From: Deltaproteobacteria bacterium
GTDB taxonomy: Bacteria > Myxococcota_A > Polyangia > Polyangiales > Houyiibacteriaceae
Direction: 5' to 3'
Assembly (NCBI GenBank): GCA_034670305.1
Contig: JAXMNT010000037.1
Span: 1-64,000, forward strand
DNA: 64,000 bases
The first letter of the stretch is position 1. Each line of letters opens with the position of its first letter. Position numbers and translations under genes: made by a program. Below, one piece after another: positions 47,884 to 56,826 of this stretch. The notes beneath the pieces are model-generated. The model worked only from the letters and a program-made list of their open reading frames with translations, ran no database searches and was not told the DNA's origin.

Positions 47884-48798
47884 ATGAGCGACACCGTCGA
47901 ATCCATTCTCGAACAGTACGCGGGCGAGACCCCCGGCGTGATCGGCAACCTGCGACGGATCCTGATGTCCGGTCGGCTCGCTGGCACGGGCAAGATCGTC
48001 ATCCTTCCCGTCGACCAAGGTTTTGAACACGGACCCGCGCGCACGTTCGCGCCCAACCCTGCCGGCTACGATCCCCACTACCACGCCAAGCTCGCGGTCG
48101 AGAGCGGCTGCAACGCGTACGCGGCGCCGCTCGGTTTCATTCAGTCGATCGCGCACACGTACGCGGGTGTGCTGCCGCTCATCCTCAAGGTGAACAACAG
48201 CGACAGCCTGGGTGGACCCGAAGCACCGGAGTCGGCGCTCACGTCTTCGGTCCGCGACGCGGTGCGGCTCGGCTGCTCGGCGATCGGCTACACGATCTAC
48301 CCGGGCAGCGCGCTGCGCAACGGGATGTACAAGGACCTCCGCGATCTGATCGCCGAGGCGCGGGACGCGGGACTTCCGACGGTGCTGTGGGCTTACGCCC
48401 GCGGCAACATGCCCAAGGAGGGCGAGACCGCCGTCGACGTCATCGCGTACGCGGCGCAGATTGCCTGCCAGCTCGGCGCGCACGTCGTGAAGGTGAAGCC
48501 GCCCACGGACGTCGTGTGGCACCCCGAAGCCAAGAAACACTACGAGGGCATCCCCCACGCGACCCTCTCCGATCGCATCAAACATGTGATGCAGTCTTCG
48601 TTCGATGGGCGCCGCATCGTGATCTTCTCCGGCGGTGCCGCGAAGGGCACCGAGGCGGTGCTCGAAGAGATCAAGTCGATCGCAGAGGGTGGGGGCAACG
48701 GTTCCATCATCGGCCGCAACGCCTTCCAGCGCGAACACGGGGAGTCGCTCGCGTTGCTCGACAAGATCATGTCGATCTACGAGAACGCTTCGCAGTGA
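47884..48798 (+). CDS. fbaB: Class I fructose-bisphosphate aldolase (DhnA/FbaB family)
   Basis: GRLAGTGK.VILPVDQGFEHGP, GA..VKVK, FSGG and GSIIGRN.FQR; RBS GAGGA. Confidence 0.92.
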   Translation: MSDTVESILEQYAGETPGVIGNLRRILMSGRLAGTGKIVILPVDQGFEHGPARTFAPNPAGYDPHYHAKLAVESGCNAYAAPLGFIQSIAHTYAGVLPLILKVNNSDSLGGPEAPESALTSSVRDAVRLGCSAIGYTIYPGSALRNGMYKDLRDLIAEARDAGLPTVLWAYARGNMPKEGETAVDVIAYAAQIACQLGAHVVKVKPPTDVVWHPEAKKHYEGIPHATLSDRIKHVMQSSFDGRRIVIFSGGAAKGTEAVLEEIKSIAEGGGNGSIIGRNAFQREHGESLALLDKIMSIYENASQ

Positions 48799-49655
48799 AC
48801 CGTGCGCCCCACGAGGCGGCCCGTCGTCTGACGGACGCCTGGTGGGGGACCGCATCCTGGGTCTTTCAATTGGGCGCGCTGAGCCTCGTGGGCATCACGC
48901 TGGCCGCGTGCGGCGGTTCGTCGAGCACCCTGCCCGGCACCTTGGCGCAGGTGCGCGACGCGCCTCTTGGGGCCGACGACGCCGGCTGCCTGATCGTGTT
49001 CCTGCCCGGCGCTGGAGACGAGGCGGACGACTACGTCGAGCATGGGTTCTTCTCCGAAGTGCGCCGCGCGGGCGTGGATGCCGATCTCGTCGCCGCCAAC
49101 GTCACGGTTCCGTACTACCGCGCCGACAACGCGATCGAGCGGATCTACGAGGATGTGCTCGAGCCTGCGAAGCGGGCTGGGTACGAACGGGTGTGGGTGG
49201 TGGGCATCTCGATGGGCGGCGGCGGTGCGCTTCGAGTGGCCGCGACCCACACCGACGACGTGGCCGGAGTCGTCTTGCTCGCGCCTCTGATCGGTGGACC
49301 TGGGCTCTTTCGAGACGTGCTGGCGGTGGGCGGACCGCAGAACTTCGAACCCGACGACGAGCTGCGCCGTACCGGCGGCCCGTTCGTCGACGCTTGGCAC
49401 TGGGCCGGCCACCGGGAACGGGCGGACGGGTCGGTCACGCCGCTCTACCTCGCGTACGGCTTCGAGGATCCGCTCGCGCGGATGAGTGAGACCCTGGCGC
49501 TGGCGTTGCCCGAGAGCCACGTGATCCGCGGCGGAGGCGGACACCGCTGGGTGGTGTGGCAGGAGCTTTGGCGCGGTCTGGTCGCAGGAGGTTTCCTGCA
49601 GCGCAGCTGCGGCGTCCTAGATCCGGCGGCGGACGAGACCGAGACCGAGCAGTAG
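48795..49655 (+). CDS. Alpha/beta hydrolase, probable lipoprotein
   Basis: LAAC lipobox; FLPG.GD, nucleophile GISMGG and GGH.W; start uncertain. Confidence 0.8.
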   Translation: MNRAPHEAARRLTDAWWGTASWVFQLGALSLVGITLAACGGSSSTLPGTLAQVRDAPLGADDAGCLIVFLPGAGDEADDYVEHGFFSEVRRAGVDADLVAANVTVPYYRADNAIERIYEDVLEPAKRAGYERVWVVGISMGGGGALRVAATHTDDVAGVVLLAPLIGGPGLFRDVLAVGGPQNFEPDDELRRTGGPFVDAWHWAGHRERADGSVTPLYLAYGFEDPLARMSETLALALPESHVIRGGGGHRWVVWQELWRGLVAGGFLQRSCGVLDPAADETETEQ

Positions 49656-50243
49656 CCAGGCGAGCCCCGCCGGCGGAGAAGCCGACGCGGAGCACGTGGC
49701 GCACCCACCGGCGGCGGGGGCGTTCGGCGACGCGCTCGACTCGGCTTCGCCGGACGACGCAGGCTCCGACTCGCTCGAGGTCTCACCACCTTCCGCAGCT
49801 GGCTCGACACGGTCGACCACATCGACCGGCGTGACGCCTGCGCCGTGCGCGGCTCGATCTTCGCCGGCGTCGTCCGCCAACCGGGTGCGGGAACACATCG
49901 TCGTCTCGGCGGGCGCATCCGCGTTCGCGCGCGTCGCGTAGACGAAGAAGGTCGCGCCGACGGCGAAGCCGACCCCGCACATCGAGCTCGAACTGGGTCC
50001 GCGCACGACGACGTTCTCCTGGTCCACGCCTTTCCAGGCCTGGGTCACATGGAAGGCCGCCGCATCCACCATCTCCCCTTGGTCTTGGAGCACTTCGATG
50101 ATGCGTCCTTCGAACACGAGGTCCGCCTGGGCGAACGCCTGCTCCGGCGAGAGCTGAGCGCACGAGCACGCGTGGACCTCGCCGGGGAGGGCGGCCCAGC
50201 AGAGCAGAAGGAAACCGGCGGAGAGGAAAAGGGTGCGATGCAT
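49617..50243 (-). CDS. TIMP/NTR-like domain protein with MYXO-CTERM-type tail
   Basis: Signal then A-CSC, VFEG.I, CG..F..G..Y and CSRT; tail GGC..C....LAWLLLGLGLVRRR. Confidence 0.75.
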   Translation of the reverse strand: MHRTLFLSAGFLLLCWAALPGEVHACSCAQLSPEQAFAQADLVFEGRIIEVLQDQGEMVDAAAFHVTQAWKGVDQENVVVRGPSSSSMCGVGFAVGATFFVYATRANADAPAETTMCSRTRLADDAGEDRAAHGAGVTPVDVVDRVEPAAEGGETSSESEPASSGEAESSASPNAPAAGGCATCSASASPPAGLAWLLLGLGLVRRRI

Positions 50244-50328
50244 GCGTTGACAGGTCGTAAGGGCGCGGCTAATTGCTGCCTTCGCTCGGACGGTACCACC
50301 GCACGGGCGTGGCTTGAAAAGGTACGTG

Positions 50329-50421
<93 letters not shown>

Positions 50422-50561
50422 GCTTGAAGATGCCGCGCACCTCGTTGCGTCCGACAGCTCCGAAAACAACTGCGTTTCGAAAAGACAGCACTGGCTTGGC
50501 TTGACCAAGCGACTTCGCGCGTTATCTTCGCGCTCCCTTACGAGGTCTCTTGGACCTCGGA

Positions 50562-50638
<77 letters not shown>

Positions 50639-50705
50639 CCGCGGACAGCCAATCAGGCACAACGGGGTCACCAATGGTGGCCCCGTCGTCGTTTAAGCTC
50701 CTTCC

Positions 50706-51164
50706 ATGACCACCGACGAAGACTTCATGCGCGAAGCCATCCGCGAAGCCGAGCGCGCCGCGGCCCGAGGCGAAGTACCGGTCGGCAGCGTCGTGGTGGT
50801 GGGCGGTGAGATCATCGCGCGCGCACACAACCTCCGAGAGACCGCCCAAGATCCAACCGCGCACGCCGAGCTCATCGCGGTTCGCCAATCCGCAGCGCGC
50901 CTCTCGAGCTGGCGGCTGGTGGACGCCACGGTCTACGTCACCCTCGAACCCTGTCCGATGTGCGCGGGCATGCTGATCAACGCGCGCGTGCCCCGGGTGG
51001 TCTACGGCGCGGTCGATCCCAAAGCCGGTGCGCTCGAGTCGCTCTACCGGCTCGGCGAAGACGAACGTTTGAACCATCGGCTCGAGGTCGCGTCCGGCGT
51101 GCTGGCCGACGAGTGTGGCGCGTTGCTGCGCGAGTTCTTCGGGCGGCTCCGCAAGCGCCGCTGA
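50706..51164 (+). CDS. tadA: tRNA adenosine(34) deaminase
   Basis: GEVPVG, DPTAHAE, YVTLEPC.MC.G, D.K.GA, LNH and FF..LR. Confidence 0.95.
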   Translation: MTTDEDFMREAIREAERAAARGEVPVGSVVVVGGEIIARAHNLRETAQDPTAHAELIAVRQSAARLSSWRLVDATVYVTLEPCPMCAGMLINARVPRVVYGAVDPKAGALESLYRLGEDERLNHRLEVASGVLADECGALLREFFGRLRKRR

Positions 51165-51225
51165 GCCTGCCTGGGCGTGGTCTCGCAGCGCTGCACGAAA
51201 CTGCGCGCGGGCCCGATCGAGTTCG

Positions 51226-51253
51226 TTGACAGGGTGGCCGCCGATGCTAGTTT
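51226..51253 (+). promoter_or_regulatory. Putative sigma70 promoter of tRNA-Ser(CGA)
   Basis: TTGACA-16 bp-TAGTTT with extended TG, followed by a GC-rich discriminator. Confidence 0.6.
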
Positions 51254-51260
51254 CCGCCGC

Positions 51261-51350
51261 GGAGGGCTGGCCGAGTGGTCGAAGGCGCTTGATTCGAAAT
51301 CAAGTGTACTGGCAACGGTACCAAGGGTTCGAATCCCTTGTCCTCCGCCA
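51261..51350 (+). tRNA. tRNA-Ser(CGA)
   Basis: Anticodon arm CTTGA-ttCGAaa-TCAAG, long variable arm, CCA. Confidence 0.95.
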
Positions 51351-51380
51351 GGTGTTCCGTTCGCGAGCACCTTTTTCTTT
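51350..51380 (+). terminator. Intrinsic terminator after tRNA-Ser(CGA)
   Basis: AGGTGTTC-loop-GAGCACCT followed by TTTTCTTT. Confidence 0.7.
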
Positions 51381-51444
51381 GTCATTGAGACTCCGCGTCC
51401 GGCCGCTCCAGTTCCGCTGGGGCACCCAAGGACGGACGTGGATT

Positions 51445-51531
51445 GGAGAGGTGACCGAGTGGTCGAAGGTGCACGATTGGAAATCGTGTGTACTGGAAAC
51501 GGTACCGAGGGTTCGAATCCCTCTCTCTCCG
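51445..51531 (+). tRNA. tRNA-Ser(GGA), CCA not encoded
   Basis: Anticodon arm CACGA-ttGGAaa-TCGTG, long variable arm; ends CTCTCCG then CTG. Confidence 0.94.
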
Positions 51532-51610
51532 CTGGATGTGTCTCCCGCCCGACCGGGATGGTGTCGCTTGACACTCGTCTTCGCCGTGGGCATACCGCAT
51601 CCGAACTTGT

Positions 51611-51690
51611 GGTCCCGCCAACGCTGGCCCGTGAAACCCGCCAGGCCCGGAAGGGAGCAACGGTAACGGTCACCAGCGTGTGGTGGGGCC
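51611..51690 (+). ncRNA. ffs: Signal recognition particle small (4.5S) RNA
   Basis: Conserved CAGGCCCGGAAGGGAGCA domain IV in a long hairpin closed by GGTCCCGCCA/TGGTGGGGCC; TTGACA at 51568; ends approximate. Confidence 0.9.
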
Positions 51691-51705
51691 TTTCTTAATT
51701 TTGAT

Positions 51706-52362
51706 ACGGGCCTGGCTCGCTTCGCTCGACTGGCCCTAATTCGGCGTCCGTTGTTTCTGAGGGGGAAGGGTTCCCCCTCCGGCCTTCGGCCTCCTCCCCA
51801 CCTGGGCACCTTCACGTGCTCGCCGCCCACTCCCTGGGTGCACTGAAGAAACATCTGGGGCACTTGGCGGCTGCGCGCGGTCGATGCACTCCTGCCGCCT
51901 CTGTGACGCACTTGGGGAGTGCACCAGTTGCTCGCCCTACGGGCTGCGCAGGTGCACGGGTGGAGCCGCCTGACTCGCTGGCGCTGTTCGAGGCCTGGCT
52001 CGCTTCGCGAGACCTGTACTTCTGAGGGGGAAGGGTTCCCCCTCCGGCCTGCGGCCTCCTCCCCACCTGGGGCCCTAATTCGGCGTCCGTTGTTTCTGAG
52101 GGGGAAGGGTTCCCCCTCCGGCCTTCGGCCTCCTCCCCACCTGGGCACCTTCACGTGCTCGCCGCCTGTTCATTGGGTGCACTGAAGAAAGCATCTGGAG
52201 GTCCTGGCGGCTGTGCGCGGTCGATGCACTCCTGCCGCCTCTGTGACGCACTTGGGGAGTGCACCAGTTGCTCGCCCTGCGGGCTGCGCAGGTGCACGGG
52301 TGGAGATGCCTGACTCGCTGGCGCTGTGAGATGGCCTGGCTCGCTTCGCGAGACTGACTGGC
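51706..52362. repeat. Palindrome-rich non-coding repeat: two ~339-bp-period copies with a thrice-repeated ~50-bp sub-element (REP/MITE-like)
   Basis: GGCCCTAATTCGGCGTCCG starts at 51732 and 52071; TTCTGAGGGGGAAGGGTTCCCCCTCCGGCCT(T/G)CGGCCTCCTCCCCACCTGGG occurs 3 times. Confidence 0.9.
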
Positions 52363-52378
52363 GGCGTCGGATCGGAAC

Positions 52379-52560
52379 GGCGTCGGCTTCGGCTTCGGCT
52401 TCGGCTTCGGCGTCGGCGTCGGCTTCGGCGTCGGCTTCGGCGTCGGCTTCGGCGTCGGATTCGGATTCGGATTCGGCTTCGGATTCGGGGTCGGCTTCGG
52501 ATTCGGCTTCGGCCTTCGGCTTCGGATTCGGCTTCAAGGTCGGCTTCGGCCTTCGGCTTC
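52379..52560. repeat. (TCGGCT/TCGGCG/TCGGAT)n hexamer tract
   Basis: Directly visible; reverse complement of the GCCGAN family. Confidence 0.93.
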
Positions 52561-52577
52561 AGCGTCGGCGTTCCCTT

Positions 52578-53387
52578 CTACTGGAAGCCCGGGGGTCGTT
52601 CGTCTTCACCGCGCGGGGCGGCTTCGGTTCCGCAGTCGGGGCTCCGGCCGTCTACGAGGCGTGCGTCGATCTCGGCGGCAGCGACACGCACGACCATCTC
52701 GGCTTGTTCCGACATCTCCCGACAGGAGAGCGCGACCACCTCGGTCAGTGTGGCGCGGGCTTCCTCGCCCTGGCCGCGTTCGCGTTGGCTGTGCGCGGTC
52801 CGCAGCAACGCGAAGGGATAGAGTGGGTGGTCGAGCGCGCCGAGCAGGTAGCGGTAGTCGTCGGCGGCGTCTTCCCATTCGTCGGCTTCCGCGTCGATCT
52901 CGCCACGGATGAGCCACGCGACGTAGATCAGCTCGCCACCGGATTCACGGTGACGCGTGGTGTAGCGCTCGGCGAGACGGTCGGCGTTCGCGCGCCCATT
53001 GCGCCAAGCGGACCACATCTCCACGAACGCCACGTCCGAGGCGAAGTCGTCCGCGCGCACCCGGCCGAGTGCCCTCAGGATCCGGTCGTGCTCGCGGCGC
53101 ATGCGGCGGCGGTCCCGCGGTTCGGCCGCCGCCATCTCGTCGGCGAGCGCGAGGGCGAGATGCAGTCGCAGCGTGCGGCGCTCACCGCCGCTGACCCCGT
53201 CCATCGCGTCGCGCACCTGGTCCGAGGTGCGCTGCTCGGCGAAGAGCTCGGTGGTCGCGGACAGGTGGGCGCGAAGGATCGAGGGCGTGTCGAGCTCCGC
53301 CGTCGGCACACGGCCGCGGGGCGCCGTCTGTGTGCCGCCACCGCACGCGCATGCGGTCGACAGAAGGAGGGGCAGAAGGATTCGCAC
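52578..53387 (-). CDS. Hypothetical helical (TPR-like) lipoprotein
   Basis: LLLSTACAC-GGG lipobox-like signal; GEI......W..A...Y and YPFALLR.A TPR-like segments. Confidence 0.6.
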   Translation of the reverse strand: MRILLPLLLSTACACGGGTQTAPRGRVPTAELDTPSILRAHLSATTELFAEQRTSDQVRDAMDGVSGGERRTLRLHLALALADEMAAAEPRDRRRMRREHDRILRALGRVRADDFASDVAFVEMWSAWRNGRANADRLAERYTTRHRESGGELIYVAWLIRGEIDAEADEWEDAADDYRYLLGALDHPLYPFALLRTAHSQRERGQGEEARATLTEVVALSCREMSEQAEMVVRVAAAEIDARLVDGRSPDCGTEAAPRGEDERPPGFQ

Positions 53388-53456
53388 CCAGTGGTCTTAC
53401 CACGCGAGGAATGACTGTGCGCTTCGACGGGGCCCGTGCGGTGGTTCGGTGGTTGT

Positions 53457-53585
53457 CCGAATCCGAAGCCGAAGCCGATGCCGAAGCCGATGCCGATGCC
53501 GATGCCGAAGCCGATGCCGACGCCGACGCCGACGCCGAAGCCGATGCCGATGCCGATGCCGATGCCGAAGCCGAAGCCGATGCCG
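53457..53585. repeat. (GCCGAN)n hexamer tract between divergent genes
   Basis: Directly visible; in frame with the downstream reductase ORF if an upstream ATG (53411) is used. Confidence 0.9.
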
Positions 53586-53623
53586 CCGTGTGTGATGGGT
53601 CGGATGGTGCTACGGCGGCAGGC

Positions 53624-54406
53624 ATGCCGGACTGGCTTCCTTTCGACGCCCACCCTTTGTACGCCTCGGCGGTTGCGTTCGTGCTCGGGTTTGGTGCGGT
53701 CGCGTTCGTCGCGACGTTCTTCGTCACCGCGCCGTACGGACGCCACGCCCGTGCGGGGTGGGGGCCGACGATGCCCGCGAAGTGGGGATGGGTCCTCATG
53801 GAAGCACCGTCGCCGATCGGGTTCGCCATCGTGTTCGCGATGTCGAGTCACCGGACCGAGGCGGTGCCGATCCTTCTGCTCGGGATCTGGCAACTGCACT
53901 ACCTCTACCGTTCGTTCGTCTTCCCGTTTCGCATGCGCGGTGGAGACAAACCCAAACCGCTGCTCACGGTCTCGATCGCGTTCTTCTTCAACTGCTGCAA
54001 TGGCGCGATGAACGCATTCGCGATCACCGAGCTCGCACCCCATCTGTGGGGGGAGGGCGCGATGGCCTCTCCGACGTTGTGGGTTGGGGTCCTGGTGTTC
54101 GCGTTCGGGTACGTCGTCAACCAACACGCGGACTACGTGCTGCGCAACCTCCGCAAACCCGGCGAGACCGGCTACAAGATCCCCTTCGGCGGACTCTACG
54201 GCGTCGTGTCCTGTCCGAACTACCTTGGAGAGATCCTCGAATGGGTTGGGTTCGCGATCGCGGCGAGCACTGCGCCGGGCTGGGCGTTCGCGTTCTTCAC
54301 GGCATCGAATCTCGTGCCGCGCGCGGTGGCGCACCACCGCTGGTACCAGGAGAAGTTCACCGACTACCCGAAGCGGCGTCGAGCGATCGTCCCGTTCTTG
54401 CTCTAG
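53624..54406 (+). CDS. 3-oxo-5-alpha-steroid 4-dehydrogenase (steroid 5-alpha-reductase family)
   Basis: APYGRH, W..MEAPS, HY.YR, D..LRNLRKPGETGYKIP.GG...VSCPNY.GEI.EW, NL.PRA..HHRWY..KF.DYP..R.A..PF. Confidence 0.92.
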   Translation: MPDWLPFDAHPLYASAVAFVLGFGAVAFVATFFVTAPYGRHARAGWGPTMPAKWGWVLMEAPSPIGFAIVFAMSSHRTEAVPILLLGIWQLHYLYRSFVFPFRMRGGDKPKPLLTVSIAFFFNCCNGAMNAFAITELAPHLWGEGAMASPTLWVGVLVFAFGYVVNQHADYVLRNLRKPGETGYKIPFGGLYGVVSCPNYLGEILEWVGFAIAASTAPGWAFAFFTASNLVPRAVAHHRWYQEKFTDYPKRRRAIVPFLL

Positions 54407-55539
54407 CGGTCGACGAGGAGGCCGTCGCGGCGTGCTCCGACGAGCTTGCTGGGCGCGCCCACCATCTTCAGTTCCTCGAGTCGTGGGAGCAGGTCGAGGT
54501 CGACTCGGTCGACTTCGGTGTGGCTGATGTCGAGAATGCGGAGCTGGGTCCACTGGTGCACCGGGAGGGACGCGAGCGCGGTGCGCGAGAGGTCGAGGAA
54601 CCGAAGCGACGCGATCGGCGCCAGTTCATCCACGGTCGTCAGAAGCGGGTTCTGACCGAGGCGTAGTTTTCGGAGCTCCGGCAGGGCGCCTTGCTGCGCG
54701 AACGCGGAGGGAAGGTGACTGAGACGGTTCTGCGTGAGATCGAGTGCGCGCAAGGCCCGGACCTCCGCCAACGAATCGGGGAGCGACTCGAGCAAGTTCT
54801 CACGCAGGTCGAGGTGCTCCAGACAGCCAAGACCACCCAGCTGTTCGGGAAGGGTTCGCAGGCCGCAGCGACTCAACTCCAGCAGTTCCAGATCCGACAA
54901 CCCGCCGAGCCCGTCCCCAACGCGAAGCACTCGGCTGCTTCTCATCCGCAGGCGGCGCAACCCCGTGTGTTGCTCCAGACCTTCGAGTGTCTCGATGCCG
55001 TTGTCTCGGACGTCGAGTACTCGGAGTCGGGGGCTTTGAATCGAGGGCAACGCGCGGAGATGGTTCGAGCGCGCGTCGACGTGTTCGAGCAGCGGGTTGG
55101 CGAGCGTCATCGACTTGAGCTCGCATTGCGTCGCGTGGATCTCGCGCAGGGCGACCAGGTCGCGCACGAAGCCCGGCAGTTCGTCGAACCAGCACTTGTC
55201 GAGCCGCAGGGAGCGCACGCGGTCGAGCCGCTCGAGCCGGTCGGGCCAGCGCGGCAGGCGCCATTTTCGAAGGTGGAGCTTGGTCGGGCGTTGGAGAGAC
55301 GCGTCGACCGACGCGCCCTCGCACAATCCATCCAGCATTCCGAGGAACGCGTACTGCAAGGTCGGGGTCAGCTGAGGGTTGCCGAGAAAGAAGGGGCCGA
55401 GCTCCGGCTGTCCATCGGGCGTCAGCCGCGTCTGCTCGAAGATCCGACCGAAGAGTTTCGTGTCGGCCAGACTCCGGGCCACCTCGATCCCCTGGTCCAC
55501 ATGGTCCTGGTCCCGCACGAGCGCGCGGATCTTCACCAT
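54403..55539 (-). CDS. Leucine-rich repeat protein
   Basis: Many LxxLxLxxN/CxLxxLP repeats; start uncertain. Confidence 0.85.
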   Translation of the reverse strand: MVKIRALVRDQDHVDQGIEVARSLADTKLFGRIFEQTRLTPDGQPELGPFFLGNPQLTPTLQYAFLGMLDGLCEGASVDASLQRPTKLHLRKWRLPRWPDRLERLDRVRSLRLDKCWFDELPGFVRDLVALREIHATQCELKSMTLANPLLEHVDARSNHLRALPSIQSPRLRVLDVRDNGIETLEGLEQHTGLRRLRMRSSRVLRVGDGLGGLSDLELLELSRCGLRTLPEQLGGLGCLEHLDLRENLLESLPDSLAEVRALRALDLTQNRLSHLPSAFAQQGALPELRKLRLGQNPLLTTVDELAPIASLRFLDLSRTALASLPVHQWTQLRILDISHTEVDRVDLDLLPRLEELKMVGAPSKLVGARRDGLLVDR

Positions 55540-55567
55540 GGTCTTGCGACGGTCCACCGCGGGCAGC

Positions 55568-56689
55568 CTACCCGTCTTCGTGGGCTGCGGTAGCGTTTCC
55601 GCCGGCATTTTCGGCCGCGCGCATCTGAGCGGCGACGCTCTCGTCGCTGGGTGGGGGCCGACGGAGCGTGGCGATGCGTGTGGGACCACCGACGGACGTG
55701 GCCCACGCGCGCAGGCTGTGGATTCCGTCGGCCTGACTGCGCACCGCTTCGTACCCGAGGACCTCGGTCGCGCGGCGGCCGTCGAGCGATGCGCTCATGC
55801 AGCGCATCGCCACCTCGGCGGGCAGACACTTCCTGCGTCCAACCCCGAGCAGCATCGAGACCTGCGCGCGCAGCGGGACCCGGGACGTGCGCGGCGGAGG
55901 AAGCTCGAGCGCTTCGCTGAGGTCTCCGTAGAAGTCGCGGGCGAGCGAGATCTCGCGGTCGAGCACGTGCAGGATCGAGCCGCCGGCGTCGGCTGCCGTG
56001 GTCGCGAGTCCCACGGCGTGGACGAGGTTGTCGATGTGGGTGGTGGCGATCAGGTTCGTGCCTGGACCGAAGAGATCGATCCCGCCCTCCAGCGCTTCGG
56101 CGCAGAGCTCCGGCAGCCGCGAACGGTCGTCCGGACCCCAGAGGAAGCCGGGGCGGAGCGCCACCACGTCCAGGTGTCCGCGCCCGTGTTCCCCGCCGCT
56201 GCCGATGGCCACTTCTTCGGCTGCCAGCATCGTCCGCGCGTGTGCGCCGATCGGTGGTTTGCTCATCACGCGGTCTTCGCTCCACCCGCTCCGGCTCTGC
56301 CGAGTGAGGGTGACGTCGGCGCAGCTGAGATGGACGACGCGCGGGATCGCGAGATGTTTCGCGGCGCGGATCACGTTCTCGGTGCCGGCGACGTTGATCC
56401 ATCCGAGCGCGGTGGGGCTCGCGCGCAGGCTCGACGCGCCCGCCGCGTGCACGACCACGTCACATCCCTGCGCGGCTGCGGCGATCGACTTCGGATCGCC
56501 GACGTCGCCCTCTCGGAGCGTCGCACCGGAGGTCAGGAGCCGACCGGCGCTCGTGTGCGGGTCGGGATCCAGGTCTTGCAGAGCGTTGAGGTCGCGCACC
56601 AGCCCCACGATCTCGTCGCCGCGATCGCACAGGGCCCGAACGACGCAACTGCCAGCGAACCCGGTCGCACCGGTCACGAGAATCTTCAC
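55568..56689 (-). CDS. NAD-dependent epimerase/dehydratase (3-beta-HSD-like extended SDR) with degenerate catalytic motif
   Basis: ILVTGATGF.G, VVHAAG, NV.GTEN and LRP..LWGP; HARTM where YxxxK is expected. Confidence 0.8.
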   Translation of the reverse strand: MKILVTGATGFAGSCVVRALCDRGDEIVGLVRDLNALQDLDPDPHTSAGRLLTSGATLREGDVGDPKSIAAAAQGCDVVVHAAGASSLRASPTALGWINVAGTENVIRAAKHLAIPRVVHLSCADVTLTRQSRSGWSEDRVMSKPPIGAHARTMLAAEEVAIGSGGEHGRGHLDVVALRPGFLWGPDDRSRLPELCAEALEGGIDLFGPGTNLIATTHIDNLVHAVGLATTAADAGGSILHVLDREISLARDFYGDLSEALELPPPRTSRVPLRAQVSMLLGVGRRKCLPAEVAMRCMSASLDGRRATEVLGYEAVRSQADGIHSLRAWATSVGGPTRIATLRRPPPSDESVAAQMRAAENAGGNATAAHEDG

Positions 56690-56826
56690 GGCCGGAGTGT
56701 ACGCCGGAGCACGCCGGGTGGCCGGTGCGGAGTGTTGCGGCATCGAAGCGTGCTTCGGCGCGGTGCGTGGAACGCCGGCCGGACATGTCCCGTGCTCGCC
56801 CGGGTCCCGCGCGATAGGCTCTCTGG

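Noticed and set aside
51706..52362. CRISPR array, DGR template/variable pair, or protein-coding ORFs
   Set aside because: Intervening segments are themselves repeated, differences are not adenine-specific, no reverse transcriptase is nearby, and the ORFs are low-complexity products of the repeat.
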